Made by a program: the position numbers and the translations under genes. This document shows positions 1 to 12,944 of a stretch of DNA of 64,000 bases, in pieces. Under the pieces are notes generated by a model. That model made no database searches and was not told where the DNA came from. It saw only the letters and a program-made list of their open reading frames with translations. The stretch lies in NCBI GenBank assembly GCA_964016885.1, contig OZ024763.1, positions 11,160,001-11,224,000 of the forward strand. Direction: 5' to 3'. Every line of letters begins with the position of its first letter. Within the stretch, counting starts at the first letter, position 1. Origin of the DNA: Eledone cirrhosa. Taxonomy: Eukaryota.

Positions 1-680
1 AACAGAGTTATGGGCCTGAAGTTGTCTATAACGTCCCCCTTCTAGTCTTTTCTTAGCAGCGCCACCGCTCTCCGGCTCACAAAACTGGGAATGCTCCCGT
101 TCTGCTGCCAGTTGCAGTAGACATCTGCCAAGAGGTCGCCGAACAAGTCTGGCATGTACGCATAAAGCTCGTAGAACATACCATCCAAACCTGGCGATTT
201 ACCCCTCGTGCAGTCAGCCAACGCTTCCCTTATTTCACCTGCTGTTATCGGCTTTTCACAATACTGCGCTGCGGTCGTCGAGACCTGCGGTAGTCCCTCG
301 AGGTATGCATTGAAGTTGAAACTCCGATCCGGCCCGCCGCCGCTCCCAAAAAGTTGAGCAAAGTGCTGCTGAAAAGCCTCACACATGCTCGGGTTCGAGT
401 AACATGCGCCCGTTTTGGTCAGGCAAAGATTGAATTGTGGCTTTGTTGCCACGTCACGCCTCCACCACCCGGGCCCATTGGACAGCTTTTGTCTCCTCGT
501 GTCTCGGAACACGCACTCTAGCTCTGACAACGCAGCCTTCGTGCTTTGCGTTGAAGAATTGGTCGAGTGCCAATCTCGCCGCAAGCCAGTCGGTTGCGAT
601 GCCTGTCCTAATTGCCTCTGCTAGCTTTCTAACTAGCTCTCCCTCTACTCTATTTTCCAATTCTCGTAAAATATGTCACA
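1..680 (-). mobile_element. Tx1/L1-type non-LTR retrotransposon fragment (RT N-terminal region), degenerate
   Basis: ORFs 454-660 and 42-584 contain PITAGEIREALADCTRGKSPGLDG..YELY. Past an in-frame stop the frame continues KGDVIDNFRPITL, a LINE RT motif. Confidence 0.85.
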
Positions 681-783
681 TCCATTCCACACTGTAAATA
701 CGAAACTGTTGCTCACAACATCAATTTATATGTATTATTGTTCAGTTGAATAGGAGGTTCATTATATGTGCAAACATTGAGAA

Positions 784-830
784 TGCTCCGATGAATGCAA
801 ACGAGAGTTTGGAAGAAACGATTGTCAGCT
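784..830 (+). ncRNA. Hammerhead-like motif, U4C core variant
   Basis: gct-CCGATGA-(caaac gaga gtttg stem II)-GAAAC-gatt-GTC-agc; stem I gct/agc. Related copy on the minus strand at 16841-16887. Confidence 0.5.
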
Positions 831-882
831 ATTAAATGATTTGAATACAACTTTGATAATTGTATAATTTATTTATTTATAC

Positions 883-923
<41 letters not shown>

Positions 924-2067
924 TACAAAAACACATACATATATACATTCATAGATACTCATATACATACATACAGGTGTACATGTGTACTTATATACAT
1001 ATATACACACATACAAACGCACATACATATATATATATACACATACATATATACATATATATATATATACATATACATACACACACACACATATACATAC
1101 ATATATGTATACATATTATATTCTCAACATATTATATTCTAAAGGGCTCAGGATCTCTTCCCCTTTGAGCACATTATTTACAGGGAATAACGACGGCCTA
1201 TGCCTCCGTTAATTTATCGTGATATATGTATACATGTACATACATACATACACATATACATATATACATATATATATATATACATATACATACACACACA
1301 CATATACATACACACACACATATATATACGTATATATACACACATATATATATATACATATATACATACATATATACACATATACATACACACATACATA
1401 TATATACATACACACCCACATAATATATACATATATACATACATACGCACATATATACATAAGTATATATGTATATATACATATATACATACATACATAC
1501 GCACATATATACATATATACATATGTACATATGTATATATACATATATACATACATATATACACGTATACATACATACATACAGACTTGTGTATTGCCCT
1601 GATAATCGGAAGCGACGTTCTGTGACGTACCAGTTTATGTGTTAACGTTGTTGACATGTTTTGTTTTGTAATAAATTGTAAGTGTTTAGTGTTAGTGAGA
1701 TCTATGCCGTGTTCCATTTGACGACATCTTTAATGACATAGTCATCTATTTTACAATTAGGGTGCCACCATTACATGTAGCATGCGTGACTCCTGCTCTA
1801 TACCCACTGTACTATGTGTGCATGTCTGTATGTATACACACACACTCACACACACACACATATGTATATATGTGTGTGTATGTATATATATATATATATG
1901 TATATATATATTTATTCACATATATATACATATATATATGTGTGTATGTGTCTATATATATATATATGTAAATATACACATATATATGTAAATATTTATA
2001 TGTACACATATATACACACACACACATACATATGTGTATGTGTATCTGTGTAGACATACTTACGTAT

Positions 2068-2141
<74 letters not shown>

Positions 2142-2153
2142 ATATATATACAT

Positions 2154-2190
<37 letters not shown>

Positions 2191-2194
2191 CGTT

Positions 2195-2378
2195 ATTCCG
2201 GGTTGAATCGGAGGTAACCACAGTAAGTAAGGTACTCAATACATAGCAGAGTATAACAGTTTTAATATAGATGAGATTCTACAGGACTAGAACTGTTTCA
2301 TTCATTAGAAATCATCAGGAATCCTGATGATTTCTAATGAATGAAACAGTTCTAGTCCTGTAGAATCTCATCTATATA
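2195..2378. mobile_element. Penelope-like pLTR fragment with fold-back palindrome and HHR-like core
   Basis: About 55-bp arms around 2320; cCTGATGA-tttctaatgaat-GAAAcagttcTA. Same family at 22935-23075 and 52365-52515. Confidence 0.55.
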
Positions 2379-2452
2379 TATATATATATATATGTGTTGA
2401 TTTAACACTTCACTGCTCACAAGTGTTTTTTAAGCTTCATATCATGTCTCCC

Positions 2453-2520
2453 TATTTTATCTGATGAGAACGCAAATATCATCCCATGATGATATTTGTT
2501 TTTGAAATGCGCATAATATA
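2453..2520 (+). ncRNA. Type I hammerhead ribozyme (family A, ATGCGCAT stem III)
   Basis: tattttat-CTGATGA-long stem II-GAAA-tgcgca-TA-ata; the 3' side of stem I is truncated by (TA)n. Confidence 0.7.
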
Positions 2521-3004
2521 TGCATGTATATATATATATATATTTGTGTGTGTGTATATATATATATATATGTATATATATACATATATGTATATATATA
2601 TATTTGCATATATATATATATATATATTTGTATATATATGTATATATGTATATGTATATATGTATATATATATATATGTATATATATATATAAGTATATA
2701 TATATATAAGTATATGTATATATATATATGTGTATATATATATGTGTATATATATGTATTTTATATATATACATATATGTATATATATGTATATATATAC
2801 ATATATATTATATATATATATGTATGATATATATACATATATGTATATATATATGTGTGTATATATATATATATTATATATATATATGTATGATATATAT
2901 ACATATATGTATATATATATGTGTATATATATATGTATTATATATATATACATATATGTATGTATATATATATAGACATATATATGTATATATGTATATA
3001 TGTA

Positions 3005-3049
<45 letters not shown>

Positions 3050-3200
3050 GTATATGTATATATGTATATATATAATTGTATATATGTATATATATATATG
3101 TATATGTATGTATGTATATATGTATATATATATATATATAGGTATATATGTATATGTACGTATGTATATATATATAAATATGTATATATATATACATATG

Positions 3201-3250
<50 letters not shown>

Positions 3251-3382
3251 CATACATACATATGTATATATATATATACGTATGTATGTATGTATGTTAT
3301 ATACACATATATATATATGTATCTATATATATATATATATATACATATGTATGTATGTTATATACACATATATATATATGTA

Positions 3383-3420
<38 letters not shown>

Positions 3421-3937
3421 GTGTGTGTGTGTGTGTTTACACATTGATACACGCACAAAACTGCTTGAAAGGAAGATAAAAATACGAAACTGCACAACTC
3501 CATTAACAACAACAACAACAACAACAACAACATGAACAACAAGAAAAAAAAAAGCCACACGTTGTTATCAGCTCGCAAACACGCATGCGTGTAACATTAA
3601 TAGCGATCCTTTACATACGACGCCATTTGCTTTTTTAGTATGTTGATTCTTCGTCTTTTTTTTACTTCTCTTGGTTCAGTGGCAAACTGGAAAATGGAAC
3701 GAACTGAGTGGAATGTGTTTTAACGGTATTTCGTATACAACCACCCCTCTCTATGAAGTGGGATTAAAACAACTCTGCTGTAATTGTTTCCGTTGACGTA
3801 ATATCTTTTGTTACGAAATGCATTTTTAGGGAGATGAGGTACCTACCCATTTTACCTAATATTGATTTAGCAATAGAATTCGGCTGCGAACATTGCTTGG
3901 TTTCTTCTACTGTTTATTTATTATTAGTGTTCTCAAA

Positions 3938-4738
3938 GGCTGGTGGGTTGGCAGCATCGCTAGAGGGTCGGACGCTATGGGTGGTGGATTGGCAGTGTCG
4001 GTAGAGGGTCGGACGCTATGGGTGGTGGATTGGCAGTATCGGTAGAGGGTCGGACGCCATGCTAGTGTGGTAGATTGGCAGTATCGGTAGATGGTCGGAC
4101 GCCATGCTAGGGTGGTGGATTGGCAGGATCGGTAGAGGGTCGGACGCCATGCTAGGGCGGTGGATTGGCAGTGTCGGTAGAGGGTAGGACACCATGTTAG
4201 GGCGGTGGACTGGCAGTGTCGGTAGAGAGTCGGACGCCATGCTAGGGTGGTGGATTGGCAGTGTCGGTAGAGGGTCGGACACCATGCTAGGGTGGTGGAT
4301 TGGTAGTATTGGTAGAGGGTAGGACACCATGTTAGGGCGGTGGACTGGCAGTATCGGTAGAGGGTCGGACGCCGTGATAGGGTGGTAGATTGGCAGTATC
4401 GGTAGAGGGTCGGACACCATGCTAGGGTGGTAGATTGGTAGTATTGGTAGAGGGTCGGACGCCATGCTAGGGTGGTGGGTTGGCAGTATCGGTAGAGGGT
4501 CGGACACCATGCTAGGGTGGTAGATTGGTAGTATTGGTAGAGGGTCGGACACCATGCTAGGGTGGTAGATTGGTAGTATTGGTAGAGGGTCGGACGCCAT
4601 GCTAGGGTGGTAGATTGGCAGTATCGGTAGAGGGTCGGACACCATGCTAGGGTGGTAGATTGGTAGTATCGGTAGAGGGTCGGACGCCATGCTAGGGTGG
4701 TGGGTTGGCAGTATCGGTAGAGGGTCGGACGCCATGCT
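3938..4738 (+). repeat. Tandem array of about 18 copies of a 45-bp SINE 5' head
   Basis: Unit ggtggtggattggcagtatcggtagagggtcggacgccatgctag matches the head of the SINE that continues at 4690-4890. Confidence 0.9.
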
Positions 4739-4890
4739 TTCCAGCATAGAGTTACGTCCCTTTACGGTCTGAGTTCAAATCCCACCGAGGTTAACTTTGC
4801 CTTTCATCCCTACGGGGGTCGATAAAATAAAGTACCAGTAATACACTGGGGTAATTGCTGGCCTTGTGCCAAAAGTAGAAACCATTATTA
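4690..4890 (+). mobile_element. tRNA-related SINE, the most abundant family in the window
   Basis: tggcagtatcggtagag...ctgagttcaaatcccgccgaggttaactttgcctttcatcc...aagtagaaac. Other copies at about 5118-5255, 5550-5740(-), 8380-8595, 18945-19110(-), 34860-35050, 37324-37440, 38875-39215, 49095-49230, 49371-49565, 54615-55215, 57850-58035 and 61690-62025. Confidence 0.85.
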
Positions 4891-5334
4891 GTGTTCTCAT
4901 CATCACCATCATAGTCGTCGTAGTCATCACCACCATCATCATCACCACCACCACCACCACCATCATCACCACCACCACCATCATCATCACCACCACCACC
5001 ATCACCACCATCACCACCATCACCATCATAATCACCATCATCATCATTCACTATCATCCCCATCATCACCACCATGACGACCACCATCATCATCATCATC
5101 ATCATTATTTAATTATTAGTTACGTCCCTTTACGATCTGAGTTCAAATCCCGCCGAGGTTAACTTTGCCTTTCATCCTTACGGGGTCGATAAAATAAAGT
5201 ACCAGTAATGCACTGGGGTAATTGCTGGCCTTGTGCCTAAAGTAAAGACAATTATTTAATTATTAGTCGTTATTATTAAATCTGCTATGTACATAGAATG
5301 CTTGATTTGGTACCAACACCCGTATTTCACCCTA

Positions 5335-5365
<31 letters not shown>

Positions 5366-5937
5366 CGTGTATTATATTTTAATTCCGTGAAAACACTACA
5401 CATATTTTGATGGCCCAGCTTCATCGTCCAATTTGATGCAAGACTTAGACGATTTCATCAGATGTTGATTGCAGAATTAGTTCCATAAAATAACTTTATA
5501 TAGTTGGAATTTCAAAATGAAGCTCTGTCGGTTACAATGATGATAATAATAGTTGTTTCTACTTTTGTCACAAGGCCAGCAATTACCCCAGTGCATTACT
5601 GGTACTTTATTTTATCGACCCCGTAAGGATGAAAGGAAAAGTTAACCTCGGCGGGATTTCAACTCAGACCGTAAAGGGCCGTAACTCTTTGCTGCAAAGC
5701 ATGGCGTCAGACACTCTACCGACACTGCCAATCCACCGAATAATAATAATAATAAAAATAACACATCGGACAAATAAAAGTCTCAAAAAATTCAGAAAAG
5801 ACGAACACGTGGACATTGACTGTTTTCGGGGATTCATCGTGGTTTCAGGACTTTAAAGATTGGACTACTCTTCCTAGTGCATCAATAGGAAGATAGCTAT
5901 TCGGAGTGGAAACATAAACGAGACGCGCACACACACA

Positions 5938-5975
<38 letters not shown>

Positions 5976-5979
5976 CAGA

Positions 5980-6038
<59 letters not shown>

Positions 6039-6607
6039 AGGCAGAGACACACACAGACACACAGATACACAGACACACACACAGAGACACACACACACAC
6101 ACACGCGCACACACACACACTCACACAGACACACACACAGACACACAGACATAGAGACAGGCACACCCACTCACACACACACAGACACACAAACACAAAC
6201 ACACAAACACAAACACACAGACACAGACACACACACACACACAGACACAGACACAGACACACAGACACACACACACAGATATAGAGACAGACACACACAC
6301 ACAGACAGAGACACACATGCCCAGACACACTTGCACACAGACAGACAGACAGACACACACACACATACACACACAAAGACACACACACTCACACACACTC
6401 TTTATCGGCTTATATCTTACTCACTCTCCCTCTCTCCCTCTCTCCTCCTCTCTCTCCCTCTTTCTCTCTCTCTCCCTCTTTCTCTCTCTCTCACTCACTC
6501 TCATTATCTATCTACGATAAAATACAGTACCAGTAATGAACTGGGTAATTTGCTGGCCTTGTGCCTTAAGTAGAAACAATTATCTATCTATCTACCTATC
6601 TATCTAT

Positions 6608-7035
6608 CAGAGGTTATATGGTGGACGAGATTGAGAGGACTGAGGACAGATGCCTTTCTCTCCGGACAACAACTCATTCCCTTCTTTAGGTACCACTTTA
6701 GAAGGAGAATCAGGGTGGAGAGAGAGGCACTGCACCCCAGTAAATTTACTGAAAGGTGGGTGAATGTGGCAAAAATGGCCCGAGTCAGTGGGCCTTCTCT
6801 GTTTATAAACCTGTAGGTTAAAGAAGAGAGCAAAAGGAAGAAGGGAGCACTTGCACAACACGCTCCTGAAGTTGAGGGTTGTTCTATCTATGGGGTATTA
6901 AACAACCCATTTGTGGGGCCTCCCCCCTATTGGGGATTTCGATTGTTGTAATTGTTTGGTTTATATTTTTTACACGACTGTATGTAAAATCCCCGGCATG
7001 TGTCTTTGTGCGCCCTTGTGGCAAATAAAGAAATA
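6608..7035 (+). mobile_element. 5'-truncated Tx1-like LINE 3' end with (TATC)n tail
   Basis: Homologous to the C-terminus and 3' UTR of 40897-42225 (VIWWTRLRGLR...ARVSGPSL); aataaa followed by (tatc)n. Confidence 0.8.
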
Positions 7036-7085
<50 letters not shown>

Positions 7086-7087
7086 GC

Positions 7088-7500
7088 TATGGCGAAAGAG
7101 GTTGTATGGTGGACAAGGTTGAAAGGGCTGAGGTCAGACACCTTTCTCTCCGGCCAACAACTGATTCTTTTTTTCAAATACCACTTTGGAAGAAGAATCA
7201 GGATGGAGAGAGAGGTGCTGTACCCCAGCAAGTTTTATGAAAGGTGGGTGAAAGTGGCGAGAATGGCCCGAGTGAATGGGCCTTCTCTCTATATCAGCCT
7301 GTAGGTTGAGGAAAAGAAGGAGGAGAGGAAGGGAGTACAAACTCTTCGTACTCCTGGAGATGAGGGTTGCACATTATTTTTCGGGGGTATGTGTTACCCA
7401 TATAAACTGTCTCCCTCTATTGGGGAAAATCGACTAACTTTTTAAATTCCATTTGTGATAACATTTTACTTTTGTGCCCCTGTGGCTAATAAAGAAATAT
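7088..7500 (+). mobile_element. Second 5'-truncated Tx1-like LINE 3' end
   Basis: ORF 7089-7304 KEVVWWTRLKGLRS...ARVNGPSL. It starts inside the (TATC)n tail of the previous copy. Confidence 0.8.
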
Positions 7501-7726
7501 ATCTATCTATCTACCTCTCTCACACACATACACACACACTTTATCCTCTTATTCCTCTCCATCTCTCTCACACATAAACATATACACACACACTCTGTAA
7601 TATATACCAGCTACATGTGTATACACACCAATGCGCATTCATACATACGTGCACGTGACTACACCAGTTGCATGCGCATGCTTCTACAAAGTAAAGTGCA
7701 CATGCACTAGCATGTCCACCCCACCC

Positions 7727-7793
<67 letters not shown>

Positions 7794-8067
7794 TCACACA
7801 CACTAAGATGGTCATTCACGCACAGTTTTTCACACATACACACATATATATATAATTTCTCACACAGGCACAAATAAGCGAGCACGCACACACACACTCA
7901 CACTCACAATACACACAGATTCATATTCCCACATACACACACTCATATACATATACATATAAAGATTCATTTTTACATAAACACACAGACACCCTAAGAT
8001 TCTTATTCACATATACATGTACACATTAACCCACTCACACACACATGTACACAAAAGCACATACGCG

Positions 8068-8102
<35 letters not shown>

Positions 8103-8650
8103 CAGTACTCTCAACGATTCATATTTCCTCACACACACCCTCCCCACACTTGTCAACCCTCCCCGTTGAGGTGGGTGAGAGATGTCTTCTCTAATTAAAA
8201 TTTATTTTATTATGTAAAATCTCCCCATTTTGTCTCATTTCTCCTCGTTTTAGGGGCACTTTTTTTCATGGTACTACCCGGTTGGGTTTTTAGAGGTTAG
8301 CAGGTCTGCCCCTCACACACCTATGAACTCAGAAATACTACTACAAATATATGTAAAGAATTCTATTTTAAGTAAATTTGGATTGGCAGTATCGGTAGAG
8401 GGTCAGACGCCATGCTTTGCAGCATAGATTTACGGCCCTTTATGATCTGAGTTCAAATCCCGCCGAGGTTAACTTTGCCTTTCATCCTTACGAGGGTCGA
8501 TAAAATAAAGTACCAGTAACGCGCTGGGGTCGATTTAATCGACTTTCCCCTACCCCCAAATTGCTGGCCCTGTGCCTATATAAGAAACCATTATTCTTAA
8601 AGGTGTGACATAATCTTCTGTATTTCTCTATTCTTCTGTATTTCTCTATT

Positions 8651-8700
8651 CGCCTTCATTCCGGTCTCTTCCATGATTGGAAGAGACCGGAATGAAGGCG
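8651..8700. repeat. Perfect 23-bp hairpin with 4-nt loop
   Basis: cgccttcattccggtctcttcca-tgat-tggaagagaccggaatgaaggcg. Confidence 0.9.
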
Positions 8701-8756
8701 CCGTGATTTGAACAGTTAACGCGACGTTTAACCTGTCTGATGTTGTTGGTCTAGAG

Positions 8757-8915
8757 CAGTGGTTCCCAAAGTGGCTTCCACAAAGAAGTGTCTGGGGTTC
8801 CATGAAAAAAAAAGTAGAGGAATATATTTATATTCCGACCATGTGGACAGTATTAGACTTTGGGGTTCTCTCAAAGGTTTCTGAACCTAAAACGGTTCCG
8901 CGTTTGAAAAGGTTT
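8757..8915 (+). mobile_element. hAT-like MITE remnant
   Basis: Starts cagtggttcccaaa, a terminus typical of hAT/Charlie elements; degenerate other end aaaaggtttgg. Confidence 0.4.
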
Positions 8916-9071
8916 GGCCCTCGCAGACCCAGACGTACACAAAAGGAAATAAAAAAAAAACAGCCGCAAACATTTACAAGTGCAAATTGCAACAGACGAA
9001 CTTTAGGTAAAAAAAGACGGCCTAGCCATACTATCTATATATAAATTTGAGCGACTTCCGTCCGTTACACA

Positions 9072-9114
<43 letters not shown>

Positions 9115-9519
9115 AATGTGTGTGTGTGAGAATGTGTGTGTGTAAAAGGAAGGAAGGGGATGCTGAAAAAACTATAGCAAAACAGCGGCTGGCGTTCCAC
9201 TTGCTATGCTGTGTGTAAGTCTATATGTTTGTGTGAATGTATGTGTGTGTTTGTGTGAATGTATGTGTGTGTTTGTGGGAATGTATGTGTGTGTGTGTTT
9301 GTGTGAATGTATGTGTGTGTTTGTGTGAATGTGTGCGTGTGTTTGTGTGAATGTGTGCGTGTGTTTGTGTGAATGTATGTGTGTGTTTGTGTGAATGTGT
9401 GTGTGTGTGTGTTTGTGTGAATGTGTGTGTATAACAATTGAAGAGAAGGTGAAGGAAAGGATGCTTGTACAGTCGCACTCACACTCATATTCATAGTCAC
9501 ACTCACAAACACACTCATT

Positions 9520-10300
9520 GTCAGGTACCTTCGGGTAATGTCAGGTAAGCTAATTAAGTTAATGATGTTCAGGTAATATCAGGTATGTCCAGGTGTGTCT
9601 GGTGTGTTAAGGTAATATCAGGTATGTCAGGTATGTTCAGGTGTGTTCAGGTGTGTTAAGGTGTGCCAGGTAATGTTAGGTATGTTCAGGTGTGTTATGG
9701 TGTGTTAAGGTGTGCCAGGTAATGTTAGGTATGTTCAGGTGTGTTAAGGTGTGGTAAGATAATGTCAGGTTTGTCCAGGTATGTCAGGTGTGTTAAGGTG
9801 TGTCAAGGTGTGCCAGGTAATGTCAGGTATGTCAGGTGTGTTAAGGTGTGTCAGGTAATGTTAGGTATGTTCAGGTATGTTCAGGTATGTTCAGGTATGT
9901 TCAGGTATGCCAGGTATGTCAGGTGTGTTAAGGTATGCCAGGTATGTCAGGTATGTTCAGGTGTGTTAAGGTGTGTCAGGTATTGTCAGGTATGTCAGGT
10001 GTGTCAGGTAATGTCAGGTATGTCAGGTGTGTTCAGGTGTGTCCAGGTGTGTTAAGGTATGCCAGGTAATGTCAGGTATGTCAAGTATGTTCAGGTATTA
10101 TAATGTATGCTCAGATATGTTAATTAATGTTCAGGTATGTCAGGTAATGTGAGGTGTGTTCAGGTATGTTTCGATAGGTATGTTCAGGTATATTAATTAA
10201 TGTCAGGTATGTTCAGGTAATGTCAGATATGTTCAGGTAAAGTCAGATATGTTTAGGTAAAGTCAGGTAAGATAATTAAGTTAATGTAATGTCAGGTAAG
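9520..10300. repeat. Degenerate 9-10 bp minisatellite (tcaggtatgt)n
   Basis: Visible tandem periodicity. Confidence 0.9.
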
Positions 10301-10734
10301 CTATAATAGTTAGCTAGCCCATAAGTTGATTAATACAAATCAAAGCCGATAATCTTGAGGGTGGAATTAAAATCGAATCACAATGACATCATTGGATTAA
10401 GAAGGGATGAAGGGCAACAAAGCCAGATTAAAGAGCAGAAGGTACGTAAGTAGGTAGAGTAGACAGGGTGGGCATGGAAGGAGAGGGATTAAGAAATCTA
10501 AGTAAGATACGCCCAATTTAGACTCAGTTCAGCAGTGTTTAACAAATCTATTTCGTGATTAGCGAAATAAAAAAAATTCAACTGCTTGTCTGATCTTCTT
10601 AAATAGCATGCACACTTCACTACGGCTGCTACTGCTGCTACTGCTTTTGTTGGGAGGGATGATGATGATGATGATGGAGATGATGGAGATGATGGTGATG
10701 ATGGTGATGATGGAGATGATGGTGATGATTACTT

Positions 10735-10765
<31 letters not shown>

Positions 10766-10899
10766 TTATTATTAATAATATTATTATTAAAATCAGAAAC
10801 CATCACCACCACCATCTTGGATAGTGACTATCCAAGGAAAACTTGAACCGTTAAGGTATATTCTCCTTGGTTATGTCAAAATTTATAAAACACACTTCG

Positions 10900-10960
10900 T
10901 ATTTTATCTGATGATAGCGTACCAAAATGTTGGTACCCTTGAAATATATATAATAGAATA
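10900..10960 (+). ncRNA. Type I hammerhead ribozyme (family B, ATATATAT stem III)
   Basis: tattttat-CTGATGA-(gtacca/tggtac stem II)-GAAA-tatata-TA-atagaata. Confidence 0.75.
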
Positions 10961-10999
10961 AATATGGTTTTATATATATAGTTTCCATTTATTTAATAT

Positions 11000-11049
<50 letters not shown>

Positions 11050-11129
11050 GCTAGCGTAAACCTCTTCAAATGAAGTCGGTGTTTATTACGGTATGTCGAA
11101 TCTATTTATCTATAAAACTGTTTATATTG

Positions 11130-11195
11130 TATTTTGTCTGATGAAGGCATAGCATATTGTTAATATGATATCCCCGAAATATATATAATGAAATA
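11130..11195 (+). ncRNA. Type I hammerhead ribozyme (family B variant)
   Basis: tattttgt-CTGATGA-(catatt/aatatg stem II)-GAAA-tatata-TA-atgaaata. Confidence 0.7.
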
Positions 11196-11233
11196 GATAT
11201 GGTTTTATAAATATAGTTTTCCATTTATTTAAT

Positions 11234-11281
<48 letters not shown>

Positions 11282-11315
11282 TATAAGATCAAAAGATGGT
11301 TAAAAGAGTTCCATG

Positions 11316-11386
11316 TATTTTATTATGCGCATTTCAAAAACAAATATCATCATGCAATAATATTTGTGTCTTCATCAGATAAAATA
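11316..11386 (-). ncRNA. Type I hammerhead ribozyme (family A)
   Basis: Reverse complement reads tattttat-CTGATGA-stem II-GAAA-tgcgca-TA-ataaaata, with a perfect 8-bp stem I. Confidence 0.8.
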
Positions 11387-11539
11387 GGAAGACATGATAT
11401 GAAGGTTAAAACACACTTGTGAATAGTGCAGTTTTAAATCAACAATTGTGTTCATCGGGACGTTATATATTTCTATATATATAAAGTCCTGATGAACACA
11501 ATGTAATACGTATACAGTACCTAGTAGTAGTATTTTCTG

Positions 11540-11575
<36 letters not shown>

Positions 11576-12155
11576 AGTGTGTGTGTGTGTGTGTGCATGT
11601 ATATCTCTCTCTATATAAAATTCTTTGTCTGTCTGTTCCTATGCATTCTCAAACGACTGGACCAAATCAAATCAAATTTTACAAGGTATTAAACCCCGGG
11701 AGTGTCAACATGTAATCTTTATTTTGATTTGGTTTAAAACAATATACTATTTTATCTAAAATAACCTTTCTATAGTGAACTATAGTAAACCACGATGGCG
11801 TTACTTTCTATATGAGTGTGTGTGTGTTTGCAAGTTCGTTACATACGTTAGGCCTCAGGGAATTAAACACACACACACACATCTACACATACATATAGAC
11901 AATTAAACACACACACATCTCATACAGATACATTTGTGAGGACAGACAGGTGTGCGTGAATGTATGTCTGTGTGTATCTGTCTTAGTATATGTATGTGAG
12001 TATATGTATGTGAGTGTATGTGAGAGTGTGTGAGTGTATGTGTATGTGTATGTGTGAGTGTATGTGTGTGTGAGTGTATGTGTGATAATTTTTATTTTCA
12101 TTTGGATTAAAACAATAGAAAACAACAGAACAACGTCACATTTTGTATATGAATA

Positions 12156-12201
<46 letters not shown>

Positions 12202-12544
12202 AATATGTATGTCTGTGAGTGTGTGTGTGCACGTTCATTAGGTATGTTATTAAATACACACACACACATCTACACATATGTAGCGACTGTCAAAAAAAAT
12301 GAGGTGAAAAGCTATGTGTGTCTGAGTGAATGTAGGATTAATCAGCCAAACCAACGCTTGTTATAGAAGTTGGCCTTGTGGTCTTTACCCTTATGTATTT
12401 TACCCTTATGTATGTGCGTGCACGCGTTGCATGTATAAATATATATATGAATATATATATATATATAATATAATATATATATATATATTATATATATATA
12501 TGTATGTGCGTGCACGCGTTGCATGTATATATATATATAATATA

Positions 12545-12590
<46 letters not shown>

Positions 12591-12595
<5 letters not shown>

Positions 12596-12944
12596 ATATT
12601 AAATAAATGTCAACTATATTTATAAAACCATATTTATTTTATTATATATATATTTCAAGGGTACCAAAAGACTTTGGTACGCTTTCTTCAGATAAAATTC
12701 AAAATTTGTTTTATAAATAGAGACATACCCAGGAAAATCATACCTTTTCAGTTGGAGTTGGATATTCTAGATAGAGAATATCCAACTGATAAGGTATGAT
12801 TTTCCTGGGTATGTCTCTATTTATAAAACAAATTTTGAATTTTATCTGAAGAAAGCGTACCAAAGTCTTTTGGTACCCTTGAAATATATATAATAAAATA
12901 AATATGGTTTTATAAATATAGTTGACATTTATTTAATATCATTG
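12591..12944. mobile_element. Fold-back pLTR pair with two family-B HHRs (12635-12698 minus, 12839-12899 plus)
   Basis: Near-perfect arms of about 165 bp; CTGAAGA-stem II-GAAA-tatata-TA-ataaaat. Confidence 0.75.

Noticed and set aside
4016-4747. 243-aa Pro-rich repeat protein
   Set aside because: Antisense translation of the 45-bp SINE-head array.
5407-5465. Minus-strand CTGATGA with a 9-bp stem II
   Set aside because: GAAG replaces GAAA and stems I and III are poor; at best a decayed HHR.
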